DNA of 55,939 nucleotides, taken from positions 1 to 55,939 of IMG/VR virus record IMGVR_UViG_3300042987_002196, one strand, 5' to 3'. Shown piece after piece: positions 47,181 to 55,939 of this stretch (position 1 is the stretch's first letter; the number at the start of each line of letters is the position of its first letter). The notes beneath the pieces were generated by a model. That model was not told where the DNA came from. It was given only the letters and a program-made list of their open reading frames with translations, and searched no databases. Position numbers and translations under genes: made by a program. The stretch is from a virus. Lineage: Duplodnaviria > Caudoviricetes.

Positions 47181-47453
47181 CTAACCCGGCGGTAGATCGT
47201 TCAGGATTGACTCATCGCCAATCACCCTGAGCACTGCTTCGTTGTAGGCGCGGGCAGCTTCCAGTTCATCGGCAAAAGCACCGATGTAGTAGCGCCGGCG
47301 GTTGAACGAAAAGCTGACCCGATAGGGCTTCTTGGGATTGTTGTTTTTCTGTACGCCGCGAAAGCGTGAGGTCTTGTTTTTCGGCAGCGGGCGGTTGGCC
47401 ATGCTGCGGTAAAAAGCATCGTCGGAGGAGCGTTTCCGAAAGTAGCGATTCAT
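47181..47453 (-). CDS. Stand-alone AP2-domain protein
   Basis: TSRFRGV...YYIGAFADELEAARAYNEA; no HNH motif. Confidence 0.8.
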   Translation of the reverse strand: MNRYFRKRSSDDAFYRSMANRPLPKNKTSRFRGVQKNNNPKKPYRVSFSFNRRRYYIGAFADELEAARAYNEAVLRVIGDESILNDLPPG

Positions 47454-47623
47454 CGTGCAAGTAGATGATCTAGGTAAATTTCGGCCTGCCATAGGTCGGA
47501 GCTGTAGCGGCAGTAGCCCTTGGCGCAGCTGCGATAGTACAGCTCGCCGCCGCGCTCTGGTTCGAGCGTCTCGATGTAGCCGCCGTCCCGCTCGTGACGG
47601 CTGATCACTATCGGGTTGGGCAT
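47450..47623 (-). CDS. Hypothetical protein
   Basis: GGYIETL...YYRSC..CRYSSDLWQA; coupled. Confidence 0.65.
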   Translation of the reverse strand: MPNPIVISRHERDGGYIETLEPERGGELYYRSCAKGYCRYSSDLWQAEIYLDHLLAR

Positions 47624-47943
47624 GACTTGAAGACCGAGCACTGGGCAGCGAACCTTCCACCAGTCTGGCGAGCCTCGGGCCAGCCGAAGTCACAGTCAGC
47701 GTTCACTGGCAGCCAGTGGATGCACTGCCAGCACATCGGGCGATCCTTGGCGTTCTTCTGGTGCTTGCGGCGGAAGTCGAAGTAGATCCGCTCCGCCTTG
47801 AACACCGCTTCGTTCACGTCGGATGTCTCAAGGCAGGTCTTCAGCTGCTGCTCAGCTGTCGACCCGAGCCTGATGCGTAGATACCAAATGCCAGCCTCCT
47901 GATGGAGGATCATTCGGCCGGCGTGGTATCGCTTCTGGGCCAT
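47608..47943 (-). CDS. Hypothetical protein with Cys cluster
   Basis: CWQCIHW...CDFGWPE...C. Confidence 0.7.
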   Translation of the reverse strand: MAQKRYHAGRMILHQEAGIWYLRIRLGSTAEQQLKTCLETSDVNEAVFKAERIYFDFRRKHQKNAKDRPMCWQCIHWLPVNADCDFGWPEARQTGGRFAAQCSVFKSCPTR

Positions 47944-48470
47944 CCAAGGGCTGCGTCGATCTTGCGACGAAATTCTTCAATGCTGCCGTCATTATCGATG
48001 ACAACATCAAATCCGTCCCAATCGTCTAGGCCGCCTTCCGAAACGTGTTGCCCGTCGTGTACGGCAGATCGCCGTACGATCTTCCACAGCTGGCCGCCGG
48101 CAGCTTTGACTGCCAAAGCCTCGTTCAGGAAGCGCACGTCGTCTGTCACGACATTGTCGTGACGGCTGGCGCGGGCATGCCAACACTGCACCCAGGTATC
48201 TGCACCGATCTGCTCCCGACCCCACTCGGTGCCGAGCGTCTGAAGGATCCGGCGGACACTGCAGCCGAGCTCGGGCACGACGTAGCCCTTGTCAGTCCAG
48301 ACCAGCTTCAGGGCATGGTCTTCGCGATAGCCGAGGCTGACCAAGAACGACGCCGCCATCCGTTTGAGCGGCTCAGCAAAACTGACCGGCTGGAAGCAGT
48401 GGTGCGTGAGAACGGTTGCAACAAAGGTCTTGCCGGACTGCGGTGCCGGGCTGTAGAGGCCGATGATCAT
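47910..48470 (-). CDS. dNMP kinase
   Basis: PQSGKT, SFAEPLK, RRILQTLGTEWGR, DDVRFLNE, HVSE. Confidence 0.92.
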   Translation of the reverse strand: MIIGLYSPAPQSGKTFVATVLTHHCFQPVSFAEPLKRMAASFLVSLGYREDHALKLVWTDKGYVVPELGCSVRRILQTLGTEWGREQIGADTWVQCWHARASRHDNVVTDDVRFLNEALAVKAAGGQLWKIVRRSAVHDGQHVSEGGLDDWDGFDVVIDNDGSIEEFRRKIDAALGWPRSDTTPAE

Positions 48471-49018
48471 CGATCAAATTCCGCGGGGTCGAATTGCTGG
48501 GCAGCCCACCAGGCAGCGCGAGCCTCTTCGGCGCTGTTGCGCTGAAACTCCTGCCAGAGGCCGGTGTAGGTCTGGTGCAGCGGGTGGCCGCTAGGCAAGT
48601 TCGAGCGGCCGGACTGCTCATAGAGGTACTCGAGGAATTCGGCCTTGGGCTGTTCGGTAGCGGGGTGGCAGTCAAACATCGTGTCCAGCAAGCAAGCGAG
48701 CGTGTGCGAGAGCCTCTGAGTGGGTGTCGTAGGACGGACCCCAGGTGACGTAGCTGCCGTCGAAGCACCAAGGCTGGAAGACCATGCCGAGGCCGCGATC
48801 GACGGGGTGGACGCCATAGCAGGGGTGGTTCTGGCCCTTCCAGACGCCCTGCTCAGAGTGAATCACCATTCTGGGGCCAAGCCAAGGACTTCGACCTGGC
48901 AGCCGGGGTGAAGTTCTGCGGCGATCCAGTGGGCGTTGGTGGCGGTGACAGCCCACGTCTGCCAGAGGCTGGTGGTGCCGTCTGGGCGGGTGAGGCGGAT
49001 GCTGTAGAAGCCGGGCAT
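48467..49018 (-). CDS. Three small hypothetical genes (48467-48679, 48672-48869, 48863-49018)
   Basis: Overlapping ATG-started ORFs tiling the minus strand. Confidence 0.6.
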
Positions 49019-49103
49019 CAGGGAAGGATTTTCTTGCAGAGACAGATGGCCGCGATGCAGAGCAGCCAGTAGCCGCAGGCTAGGAAGATGGCGGTTTCGA
49101 GGG

Positions 49104-49493
49104 TCACGCCTCCACCTCCGGCGCCACCAACATCTGCCGGATCCTGGCCGCTGTGAACGACCCGCGGGCAATGCGGTTCCAGATCACGCGCATCGCAGCC
49201 ACAGCCTCCTGGTCAGCCATGCAACTGCCGCATTCATCCAGCGCTTTGGTCACGGCCTGGTGGGTCTCGCGGTACAGCTCAGGGTCAGGCTGCATCAGCG
49301 CATCACGCCACTCGGCAACCTCGCCGAGCGACTGAACGCCGAAGTTCTTGAGCTTCATCAGATCGGCCGTCGTGGCCAACATGATCTGCTCAGCAGTGAA
49401 GTAGCCGCCCTGCAGCAGGGCGTTGATGGTGCGGGTGCGCATGTAGCGCAGTGTTTCCGGGATCAGCCGGAAATCATCTTCAGTCGGGTGCAT
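49104..49493 (-). CDS. RNA polymerase alpha-CTD-like protein
   Basis: RTINALLQGGYFTAEQI...DLMKLKNFGVQSLGEV resembles alpha-CTD R..N.L...DLL...NFG.KSL.EI. Confidence 0.75.
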   Translation of the reverse strand: MHPTEDDFRLIPETLRYMRTRTINALLQGGYFTAEQIMLATTADLMKLKNFGVQSLGEVAEWRDALMQPDPELYRETHQAVTKALDECGSCMADQEAVAAMRVIWNRIARGSFTAARIRQMLVAPEVEA

Positions 49494-49995
49494 TGATCGA
49501 GTTGAGGTGATCGATAAGTTCTTGGCGGGTCTGCCACATCGGGCGGCCGTCGATCTGGCGCTCCATCTCGGCAATAGCGCGATGGATGCCTTTCAGGAAC
49601 CAGAACCGGCTGATCGCAGCGACCTTGGGTGCATGGTCAAGCAGTTGGTCCCAGATCTTGTCTGGGCAGCTGTTCCAGTCGATGTCTTCGCGGAGAGTCA
49701 TCCAGGGCTCAAGCGCCTGCTGGAGTGTCATCTTCCGGGTCGAGCCACTCGATGAGGTTCCACCAGGGGCCGTATTCATCGAAGGCTTTGGCTTTGGCAT
49801 CGGTGAAACTGGCGGCGGTGACGTAGTCGAAGACGTTCGACTGGGGAATGGTGAAGTGATAGTGGCGTTCTGTCATTCGCAAACGGGGAAAGGCCCGGCA
49901 GCAGGATGGTGAGCGACGCGACAGCTGACCGCGTGTTCGTGGACGATCAGCGCGATCGTGGCCACGGGGATCAAGAAAATCAGCAGGCGTTTCAT
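49480..49995 (-). CDS. Three small hypothetical genes (49480-49731, 49709-49876, 49873-49995)
   Basis: Overlapping ORFs; 49873-49995 has a hydrophobic N-terminus. Confidence 0.55.
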
Positions 49996-50054
49996 GTCTG
50001 ATGTGGTGGACAAGTCAATGATGCCGGGTGCCGCCGAGCGGTGGGTGCGAGTTG

Positions 50055-50531
50055 TCACACTTCGTAAAGGTCGCAGTCGCCGGCGAAACTGGTGCCCTCC
50101 TCCAGTGGATCCGGGAAGCCGATTCCACACTCAGTGCCACTCCAATGCCGGCACTGCGAGCAGTCGCTCCATGGCCGCCGCGGCAGCTCCGGGAACGCAC
50201 TGGCCCAACTGATGCCACGCCGGATCTGGCTGATCGCCTGGCGGCTGACACCAAGCTCCCGCGACAGCTTCACGTCAGAGATCTGCTGATCGGTAAGCGC
50301 ACGTCGGACCTGCTCCACGGTCAGCTTTTTCGGTGCCAGACGGCCCGGCTTGCGCTTTCGTGGTGGCTTGCGATCAGGCCCGATCGTCGTCCAGCGCTCG
50401 CAGCAGTCGTTGCATTGCCACCGGCGCCGCACCAACCCATCAAGGCGTGGCCTGCTTTCACGAACAAATCGGTTGTTGTGTTCACAGACAGGCGTGCCTA
50501 CCGTTGAAGAATCGCTGCTGTTGGAATCCAT
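50055..50531 (-). CDS. NrdR-like Zn ribbon plus HTH plus Cys-rich protein
   Basis: ESR...RRRWQCNDCCERWTT; LSRELGVSRQAISQIR; CSQC..C. Confidence 0.75.
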   Translation of the reverse strand: MDSNSSDSSTVGTPVCEHNNRFVRESRPRLDGLVRRRWQCNDCCERWTTIGPDRKPPRKRKPGRLAPKKLTVEQVRRALTDQQISDVKLSRELGVSRQAISQIRRGISWASAFPELPRRPWSDCSQCRHWSGTECGIGFPDPLEEGTSFAGDCDLYEV

Positions 50532-50724
50532 GCAATTTGGTAGCTGGCTTCAAGCGGAAATGAGTACAGAGGAAAAGTGGGCGATCGAAACCGTCGCACG
50601 CAAGGAAAATCCACGCACGGCCATGCTTTACAGGCTGTGCTGTCAGCAGCAGTTTCAGCTCCAGAGGGCGGTTAACGAAATCGCCCGCCTGGAGCTCCTG
50701 CTGATGGATCACTCAAACAGCTGA
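50530..50724 (+). CDS. Hypothetical protein, lone plus-strand gene
   Basis: MQFGSWL...LQRAVNEIARLE coiled coil. Confidence 0.5.
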   Translation: MQFGSWLQAEMSTEEKWAIETVARKENPRTAMLYRLCCQQQFQLQRAVNEIARLELLLMDHSNS

Positions 50725-51947
50725 ATCGCTTGCTCGTAGGTCGGCGCCTGGACGTGCCGGCTAAGCACCGTGCCATCGGGCTGCGGTATCTCCACCACAA
50801 ACGTCGGCATCTCGTCGCGCCACAGCCGCATCAGCTCGTTCACTTCATCCACCAGCGTGCCGGCTTGTTCGTAGGTCCAGCTGCGGCGAGCGACATTGAA
50901 CTGCGCCAGAGTCTCGATGCGATTGCACCAGCGGATCAGCGTCACCACATCCGGCGTCACCGGTGGCGACATCTGCTCGCGGTAGATCTCACGCAGGCGG
51001 TTTTGTGGGTAGGTCATCGCCCATGCAGGTAATAGGTCCAGTCCTTCTTGAGACCGCCGAATTCGTTCAGGTTGCCTACGGCGGTCTTCTTGCCGCACAC
51101 ATCACAGCAGCGCAGCGTGTAGGTGGCAATGTGCGTCGCCGGGCCGACGAAGCGTTCGTCGATGTAGAAGCCGCCGAGTTTGCGGCCGCAGGGTTGGCAA
51201 AGTTTTTCGGGTGTCTTCATTGCTTTGGTTGATTGAGCCCCCACTCAGCCGCAAGATAAGCGACGTGGAAGGGGATTGTCTCGGGAGAGATTACGCCTTC
51301 ATGCACCATGTCGATGGCATCTTCAACCCAGTGTTCGACGAGCTCGAGGGGTGGTTCGGTCACGCCGCCACCTCCACCTCAGCGCCAGGCCAGCGGTTGG
51401 TCGCATAGCGCACCGCCAGCTGCTTGTTTTCGGCCATCAACGTGACCTTCATCGCCCTTGACTTGCCATGCTTCACGTGAAGCACAAACGGCTTAGCCCG
51501 CTTTGGTTCAGCTGGCCGGCTGACACCAGGCCCGAAGCTGCCAGTGGGATGTTCATGCCACTGGAATGTGATCGGTTCGCCTTTCATAGTTTCGAGAGTC
51601 CAACGATGAGATTGATGAGCTGAATTGCGACGATGGCGATCAGCATCAGTTCATGCCGGCGCAGCATCCGCCGCACCTCCTTGATCTGGCGCACGGTGGC
51701 CAGCTGCTGATCAACTGTCACGGCTGCTCCGCACGTTGGCGACAGCCTTTCGCATGTTTCCAGCGAGTTCTTCATGTCCTTCGATGGTTGCCATGTCAGC
51801 AGCAGCAAGGATGCCGGCCTCAAAGGCGCCGCGCACCATTCGCTGCTCCAGTTCAAGGTTGTGCTTGGGACGACTGAACAGCCATGTAATTAACTGGCCA
51901 GCAACAGTGCCGAGCGCCACAGCGCCGACGATTTCAAGGGGTGTCAT
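50709..51947 (-). CDS. Cluster of small hypothetical genes (50709-51017, 51014-51220, 51360-51587, 51584-~51775, 51711-51947)
   Basis: Coupled minus-strand ORFs. Confidence 0.55.
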
Positions 51948-52020
51948 CAAGTCCTCCTGTGTGGGACGCGCCTATCAAAGCAAGTTCGGCACCAAAACGG
52001 CCGGACTCTGTTGTAAAACT

Positions 52021-52506
52021 TCACGTCACATAAACCGGCTGGTGCCCTTCTTTCTCCAGCCATGCCTTGAACAGCTCCTCCGCTTCCTCGTGCGCCTCGC
52101 ACTCGATCTCCTCGAGCACACCAGGCCCCATCTCCTCCTTCAGTAGCTCCCGGAGGCGGTCGTTGCGGATGATCAAAAACTTGTCGCGCTGCATCTCGTA
52201 GGCCGAGCGCTTGCGGCGCACATCAGCGCCCTCAAGCCCCTCCAGCCGCAGCAGCCGGCGCTTCGTCTCACTGGCAAACATGATCGTGATCCGGCGCTTC
52301 TTCCGCGCCTTGTGCATCCAGTTTCGATCGAACGGGATGCCGGCATCATTCTCAAGGCGTTGTGCCTCGCGGATCGCATCATCCAGGCTCTGGACGCTCA
52401 GTGTCAGCTCCACATGGAACTGCCGGGCGTCGTCCAGATCCATCTCCCACACCTGCGGCAGCGTGATCTGGCGGTCGAGCTCACGGCTCGGAAAAATCAA
52501 AGTCAT
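52021..52506 (-). CDS. Hypothetical helical protein
   Basis: ATGA-coupled ORF. Confidence 0.7.
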   Translation of the reverse strand: MTLIFPSRELDRQITLPQVWEMDLDDARQFHVELTLSVQSLDDAIREAQRLENDAGIPFDRNWMHKARKKRRITIMFASETKRRLLRLEGLEGADVRRKRSAYEMQRDKFLIIRNDRLRELLKEEMGPGVLEEIECEAHEEAEELFKAWLEKEGHQPVYVT

Positions 52507-52970
52507 TGCGTTACGAATTGCACAGGGTCGATTTCGATGCTCCATTTGCTCAGCAGTCGGTAGCAGCCCGTCCGCCGGCTCAGGAAGTTGCGTAGTGAAT
52601 TCTTGTCGATGCCCAGCCTTTCGGCTGCCTCGCTCTCCTTGCCCAGCAGCACCTCTACCTGACGCACCGCATTGGCACGTAGCACCCAGCGTGGAAATTG
52701 CGTCGCAGGATCCGGCCGCAGGTTGTTCCAGTCAGCCACCCACCAGACCAGCCGGCCTTTTTTCGGCCAGCCCTGGTAGCGCAGCAGCCCGGTGCATTGC
52801 AGCCGGGCAAGCGACGCCTGGATCACACTTGCGGTGATGCCTAGCAGTCTTGTCAGCTCCTCGCTGGTGTAGAGCCCCGGCCCGAGTGCGTGAAGCTGGA
52901 GCAGCGTCAGGACAGTCTCAGGCCGGTGCCGCTGGCGCAGATCAGCAATCCATGCCAGCCGCTCGTCCAT
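52503..52970 (-). CDS. Putative HTH DNA-binding protein
   Basis: EELTRLLGITASVIQASL and EAAERLGIDKNSL. Confidence 0.6.
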   Translation of the reverse strand: MDERLAWIADLRQRHRPETVLTLLQLHALGPGLYTSEELTRLLGITASVIQASLARLQCTGLLRYQGWPKKGRLVWWVADWNNLRPDPATQFPRWVLRANAVRQVEVLLGKESEAAERLGIDKNSLRNFLSRRTGCYRLLSKWSIEIDPVQFVTQ

Positions 52971-53380
52971 CAGAACGGGATCTCGTCGTCGTAGGCAGGT
53001 GCCGGCGCTGCCTGTCGCTGGACCGGAGCGGGCTGCTGCTGCATCGGCAGCGGCACAGGAGCGGCCTCCTCGGAGCGAGCCTGCCAGCTCTCCACCGAAG
53101 CGTTCCGAATCACCACGGCCTTCTTCAGCTCGCCGGTGTTCTTGTCGTTCCAGCTCTCCTCCGCCACCTGGCCGGTGACGCAGACGCTGTTGCCCTTCTT
53201 CAGGTAGTTGGCCACATACTCGGCTTGCTTACCCCAGACTTCCACCTTCACCCAGAACGCCGGAGCGTCCTTCTTCGGTTGGCGGACAGCCAGGGAGAAC
53301 TTGGCGACCATCTGGCCAGACTGCGTGGTCTGGAAGTCAGGGTCGCGGCCGAGATTGCCGGTGAGTGTTCCGTTGAACAT
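52970..53380 (-). CDS. ssb: Single-stranded DNA-binding protein
   Basis: LTGNLGRDP, FSLAV, WGKQAE, DDEIPF tail. Confidence 0.96.
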   Translation of the reverse strand: MFNGTLTGNLGRDPDFQTTQSGQMVAKFSLAVRQPKKDAPAFWVKVEVWGKQAEYVANYLKKGNSVCVTGQVAEESWNDKNTGELKKAVVIRNASVESWQARSEEAAPVPLPMQQQPAPVQRQAAPAPAYDDEIPF

Positions 53381-53383
53381 GAT

Positions 53384-53635
53384 TCAGTTCTCAGTGGGTT
53401 TGCAGATGATGAAGCAGCCGAGGCCGTCGCGACGCTTGCGCACCGAGTAACGGCGGCTCAGCTCACGGCGGCTCAAGTTGCCCACCACCTGGGTGATCGT
53501 TCCGGGCTTGTACTCGTCAAACCCGACTTCGATGGCTTCGCCAGGCTCAAGATCAAGGATCTCGGCACGCAGGGGCGCGGTCATCGATCGACGACCAACC
53601 TGAGCGAGCGCCTGTTCAGCAGTGATGCGGTTCAT
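53384..53635 (-). CDS. Hypothetical protein
   Basis: Coupled ORF. Confidence 0.65.
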   Translation of the reverse strand: MNRITAEQALAQVGRRSMTAPLRAEILDLEPGEAIEVGFDEYKPGTITQVVGNLSRRELSRRYSVRKRRDGLGCFIICKPTEN

Positions 53636-53850
53636 TTCTCTGGTCGTGGGGTATTGGGGAAGCCGCGCATGTTGCGCTGCTCGAATTGAACGATTTCGTG
53701 GATTGGATAGAGCACTCGACCGCCGGCTTTGAACCAGCGCGGACCACGTTGCTGAGATCGCCAGTTGTCTAGCGTGCTCAGGCTGACGACATTACGCCAG
53801 CGCTCAGCCAGCTCACGTGGGGTCAAGTACGTCTCACCAGACTGAATCAT
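53632..53850 (-). CDS. MerR/Xis-like HTH protein (possible excisionase)
   Basis: YLTPRELAERW...TLDNWR...GP...GGRVLY. Confidence 0.8.
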   Translation of the reverse strand: MIQSGETYLTPRELAERWRNVVSLSTLDNWRSQQRGPRWFKAGGRVLYPIHEIVQFEQRNMRGFPNTPRPEK

Positions 53851-54499
53851 CCGTTGCCTCTTGTGGTTCAGTTTCTTGCTGAATTTTTTTGTTCAGGTCA
53901 TTCACGATGGTGGTTTGCTCTGTTACCTGCACCTCTTCAATATCAACGACTTCCTCCTGCGTCTTCATCCCAACCAAGAACTCCGGCACGTAAAGACGGC
54001 CCCAGAAGGCAGCTGCTCTGTACCTGCACATCAAGTCCGGCATCGTTTGCCATTTTGAGCCAGACTTCGTCGCCCATCCTTCGCGCTTCGCCATTGCCAT
54101 GGTCACAACCGGACCCTTCAGCTCCTTGCCGGTGGCAAGCTCTGTGGCATAGGCAAAACAACTGAGACTGTCCCCTTCGCCGCTGACGTTGTAGTCCAAC
54201 GGCGAGAACCTCCCGCACCCATTGATCATCGCGATGATGAACTGCGACGACCAGCTAGGGCGTCCATGGATGATGTGAAGGTTCTGCATCACCTGCAAGG
54301 GGCTGAGTCCCATGCGGCCAGCGATCTCCATCGCCACCAACGTGTTGGCCAGGCCCTGTTGTCCTTGGTATTCCTTGGGCACCAGCGCTGATGAAGAAAG
54401 CGCCTTGCCTATTCTCTGGGCATTTTCAAATTGTTGAATCCCAGTGAACACACCGTCACTCGGCTGGGTTACGACCAGCGCATTTTTTTCGTTTGTCAT
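53834..54499 (-). CDS. RecT-like single-strand annealing protein
   Basis: LVPKEYQG, MQNLHIIHGRPSW, AKREGW..KW...M; next to RecE-like gene. Confidence 0.8.
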   Translation of the reverse strand: MTNEKNALVVTQPSDGVFTGIQQFENAQRIGKALSSSALVPKEYQGQQGLANTLVAMEIAGRMGLSPLQVMQNLHIIHGRPSWSSQFIIAMINGCGRFSPLDYNVSGEGDSLSCFAYATELATGKELKGPVVTMAMAKREGWATKSGSKWQTMPDLMCRYRAAAFWGRLYVPEFLVGMKTQEEVVDIEEVQVTEQTTIVNDLNKKIQQETEPQEATDDSVW

Positions 54500-55320
54500 T
54501 AGAAACCTTCGATTTCAGTGATGGAGTCAGACTGATCTTCTTGAAGCCAGTCGGGAACTACTAGCGACTGTATTTCGTCGCCGTAGCCCGGCCACTTGTT
54601 TTCTTCCTTGCATGCGGCAAGGAGTCGCAGGTCTTGTAATGCATCCCGTGAACCACGTTCGAGCAGTTCTGGTGGCGTTGCGTACACCGCGACGCAGTAA
54701 GGCGGTTTCTTTTCGACTGCGATGAACAGAAACTCTTCTGCGCCAATGCCTTGACTGTAAAACGCTGCCTGCACGTGGTAGCGATACTTGATTACCGAAC
54801 GAATGAAGCTGCGAGGACTTGCGTCATCTGTCGTTTTGACATCGGCAATTAACTTTCGGTTATCGCTGTGCCAGTCCGGCCGGCACTTGCAGGCAACACC
54901 AGTAGTCTCGTCAGTCCAAAAGTAAGACTGCTCGCATTTACCAGGCAGTCGCAGGATCGTGCTGGCTGCGGGGTGGCGATGCACCGCCTTAGCCATCGCC
55001 TCGATCTGGGCAGCATCCTCGGACTTGAGCACCGTCTTGCCCTCGGCCTCGGCCTCGAAATCCGCCCACCGCAGCTTGCCCTCCTTGGTGCGGCGATCGA
55101 TGCCCTCCGGCGCGACCACGTATTCGTCGTCGAATAGATGCGGCTCCAGCACCCGTGCATGCAGCGCCGAACCGATCACCATCGCAGCAGTCGGTGGCTC
55201 AACGATCCGGTTCGGATTGAGGTAGCGGTTCCAGTAGTGCAGCGGCGAACGCCGGATCAGATCCAGCCCGCTTTTCGAGATCTCGGGTCTCGCGTGGTAC
55301 TCCGCGTTGGTCAGCCCCAT
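54499..55320 (-). CDS. RecE/exonuclease VIII-like nuclease
   Basis: YHA..ISKSGL, GSALH, CKCRPD, DVKTT, YHVQAAFY. Confidence 0.92.
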   Translation of the reverse strand: MGLTNAEYHARPEISKSGLDLIRRSPLHYWNRYLNPNRIVEPPTAAMVIGSALHARVLEPHLFDDEYVVAPEGIDRRTKEGKLRWADFEAEAEGKTVLKSEDAAQIEAMAKAVHRHPAASTILRLPGKCEQSYFWTDETTGVACKCRPDWHSDNRKLIADVKTTDDASPRSFIRSVIKYRYHVQAAFYSQGIGAEEFLFIAVEKKPPYCVAVYATPPELLERGSRDALQDLRLLAACKEENKWPGYGDEIQSLVVPDWLQEDQSDSITEIEGF

Positions 55321-55478
55321 AGGCTTAACTTGCGTCTGTGGACAAAAGCTTACCGCTGTTTCCCGCACCTTCATCGCTCCTTGTCGCATTTCTTCGCACT
55401 TCACGGGAATTCCCGACTAAGTGCTTATTATTGCTTGGTTTTTTGATTTATCCCTTGCAGACCAGTTAGGTCAAGACC
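55321..55478. promoter_or_regulatory. Divergent promoter region between the recombination arm and helicase
   Basis: AT-rich intergenic stretch between divergent ATGs. Confidence 0.55.
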
Positions 55479-55939
55479 ATGCTCAGACCCCGTCAACAGA
55501 AAGCCATCCAAGACGTTCGGGCGGCCTACGCCGCTGGACACAAGCGCGTGCTCCTAGTTGCAAGCACCGGTTTTGGGAAAACTCACACTGCTGCTGAGAT
55601 CATTAAGTCAGCAATTAAGCGTGGAAACGACGTGTGGTTTCTTGCGCACCTGCGCGAGATCCTCGACGACACCGCTCGCCGCCTCCAAGCTGCCGACATC
55701 CCGCACGGCTTCATCATGGCCGGCATGCCTCGCAACCCGTTCAAGCCGGTGCAGATCGTCTCTGTGCAGACCGCTGTCCGCCGGCCGGTGGCTCGCAAGC
55801 CTGGTCTGATCATCGTCGATGAGTGCCACCTGGCTATCGCCGACACCTACAAGAAGGTGATCGAGGCCGCAGGCAACCCACCGCTCCTAGGTCTTTCGGG
55901 CTCGCCATGTCGTCTCGATTCCCGTGGCATGGGTGAGAT
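55479..55939 (+). CDS. SF2 helicase, N-terminal part (continues at position 1)
   Basis: MLRPRQ Q-motif, STGFGKT Walker A, DECH. Confidence 0.93.
   Translation, partial: MLRPRQQKAIQDVRAAYAAGHKRVLLVASTGFGKTHTAAEIIKSAIKRGNDVWFLAHLREILDDTARRLQAADIPHGFIMAGMPRNPFKPVQIVSVQTAVRRPVARKPGLIIVDECHLAIADTYKKVIEAAGNPPLLGLSGSPCRLDSRGMGE

Overview
The window is a complete, circularly permuted temperate siphovirus genome of about 55.8 kb; bases 1-132 recur at 55808-55939 and the break falls inside an SF2 helicase gene. It has a replication module (helicase, VRR-NUC nuclease, primase-helicase, iteron-like origin) and lambda-like packaging, head and tail genes (terminase, portal, protease-capsid fusion, G/GT frameshift, tape measure, M/L/K/I/J, fibres). 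It also carries lysis genes, dcd/thyX/dNMP kinase, a tyrosine integrase with a tRNA-Lys-derived attP, and a leftward RecE/RecT/SSB arm. Gene content and motifs suggest a picocyanobacterial host (inference). The most unusual part is the ~4 kb island at 8250-12260, just upstream of the putative cos site and terminase. It holds a tandem array of 6-7 cyanobacterial LexA (SOS) boxes and two oppositely oriented clusters of Fur-box-like 19-mers. Between them lies a very GC-rich, CGATCG/HIP1-dense string of small genes, most preceded by the same ~20-nt leader motif. No CI-like repressor is recognisable, so the island may be a host-regulator (SOS plus iron) controlled or titrating module at the first-injected end. 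Other notable items are a probable -1 frameshift in the holin, a glycosidase-like propeller fused to a small post-capsid protein, an RNAP alpha-CTD-like protein and a tRNA-like RNA with an aberrant anticodon arm. All calls are by eye, without database searches.
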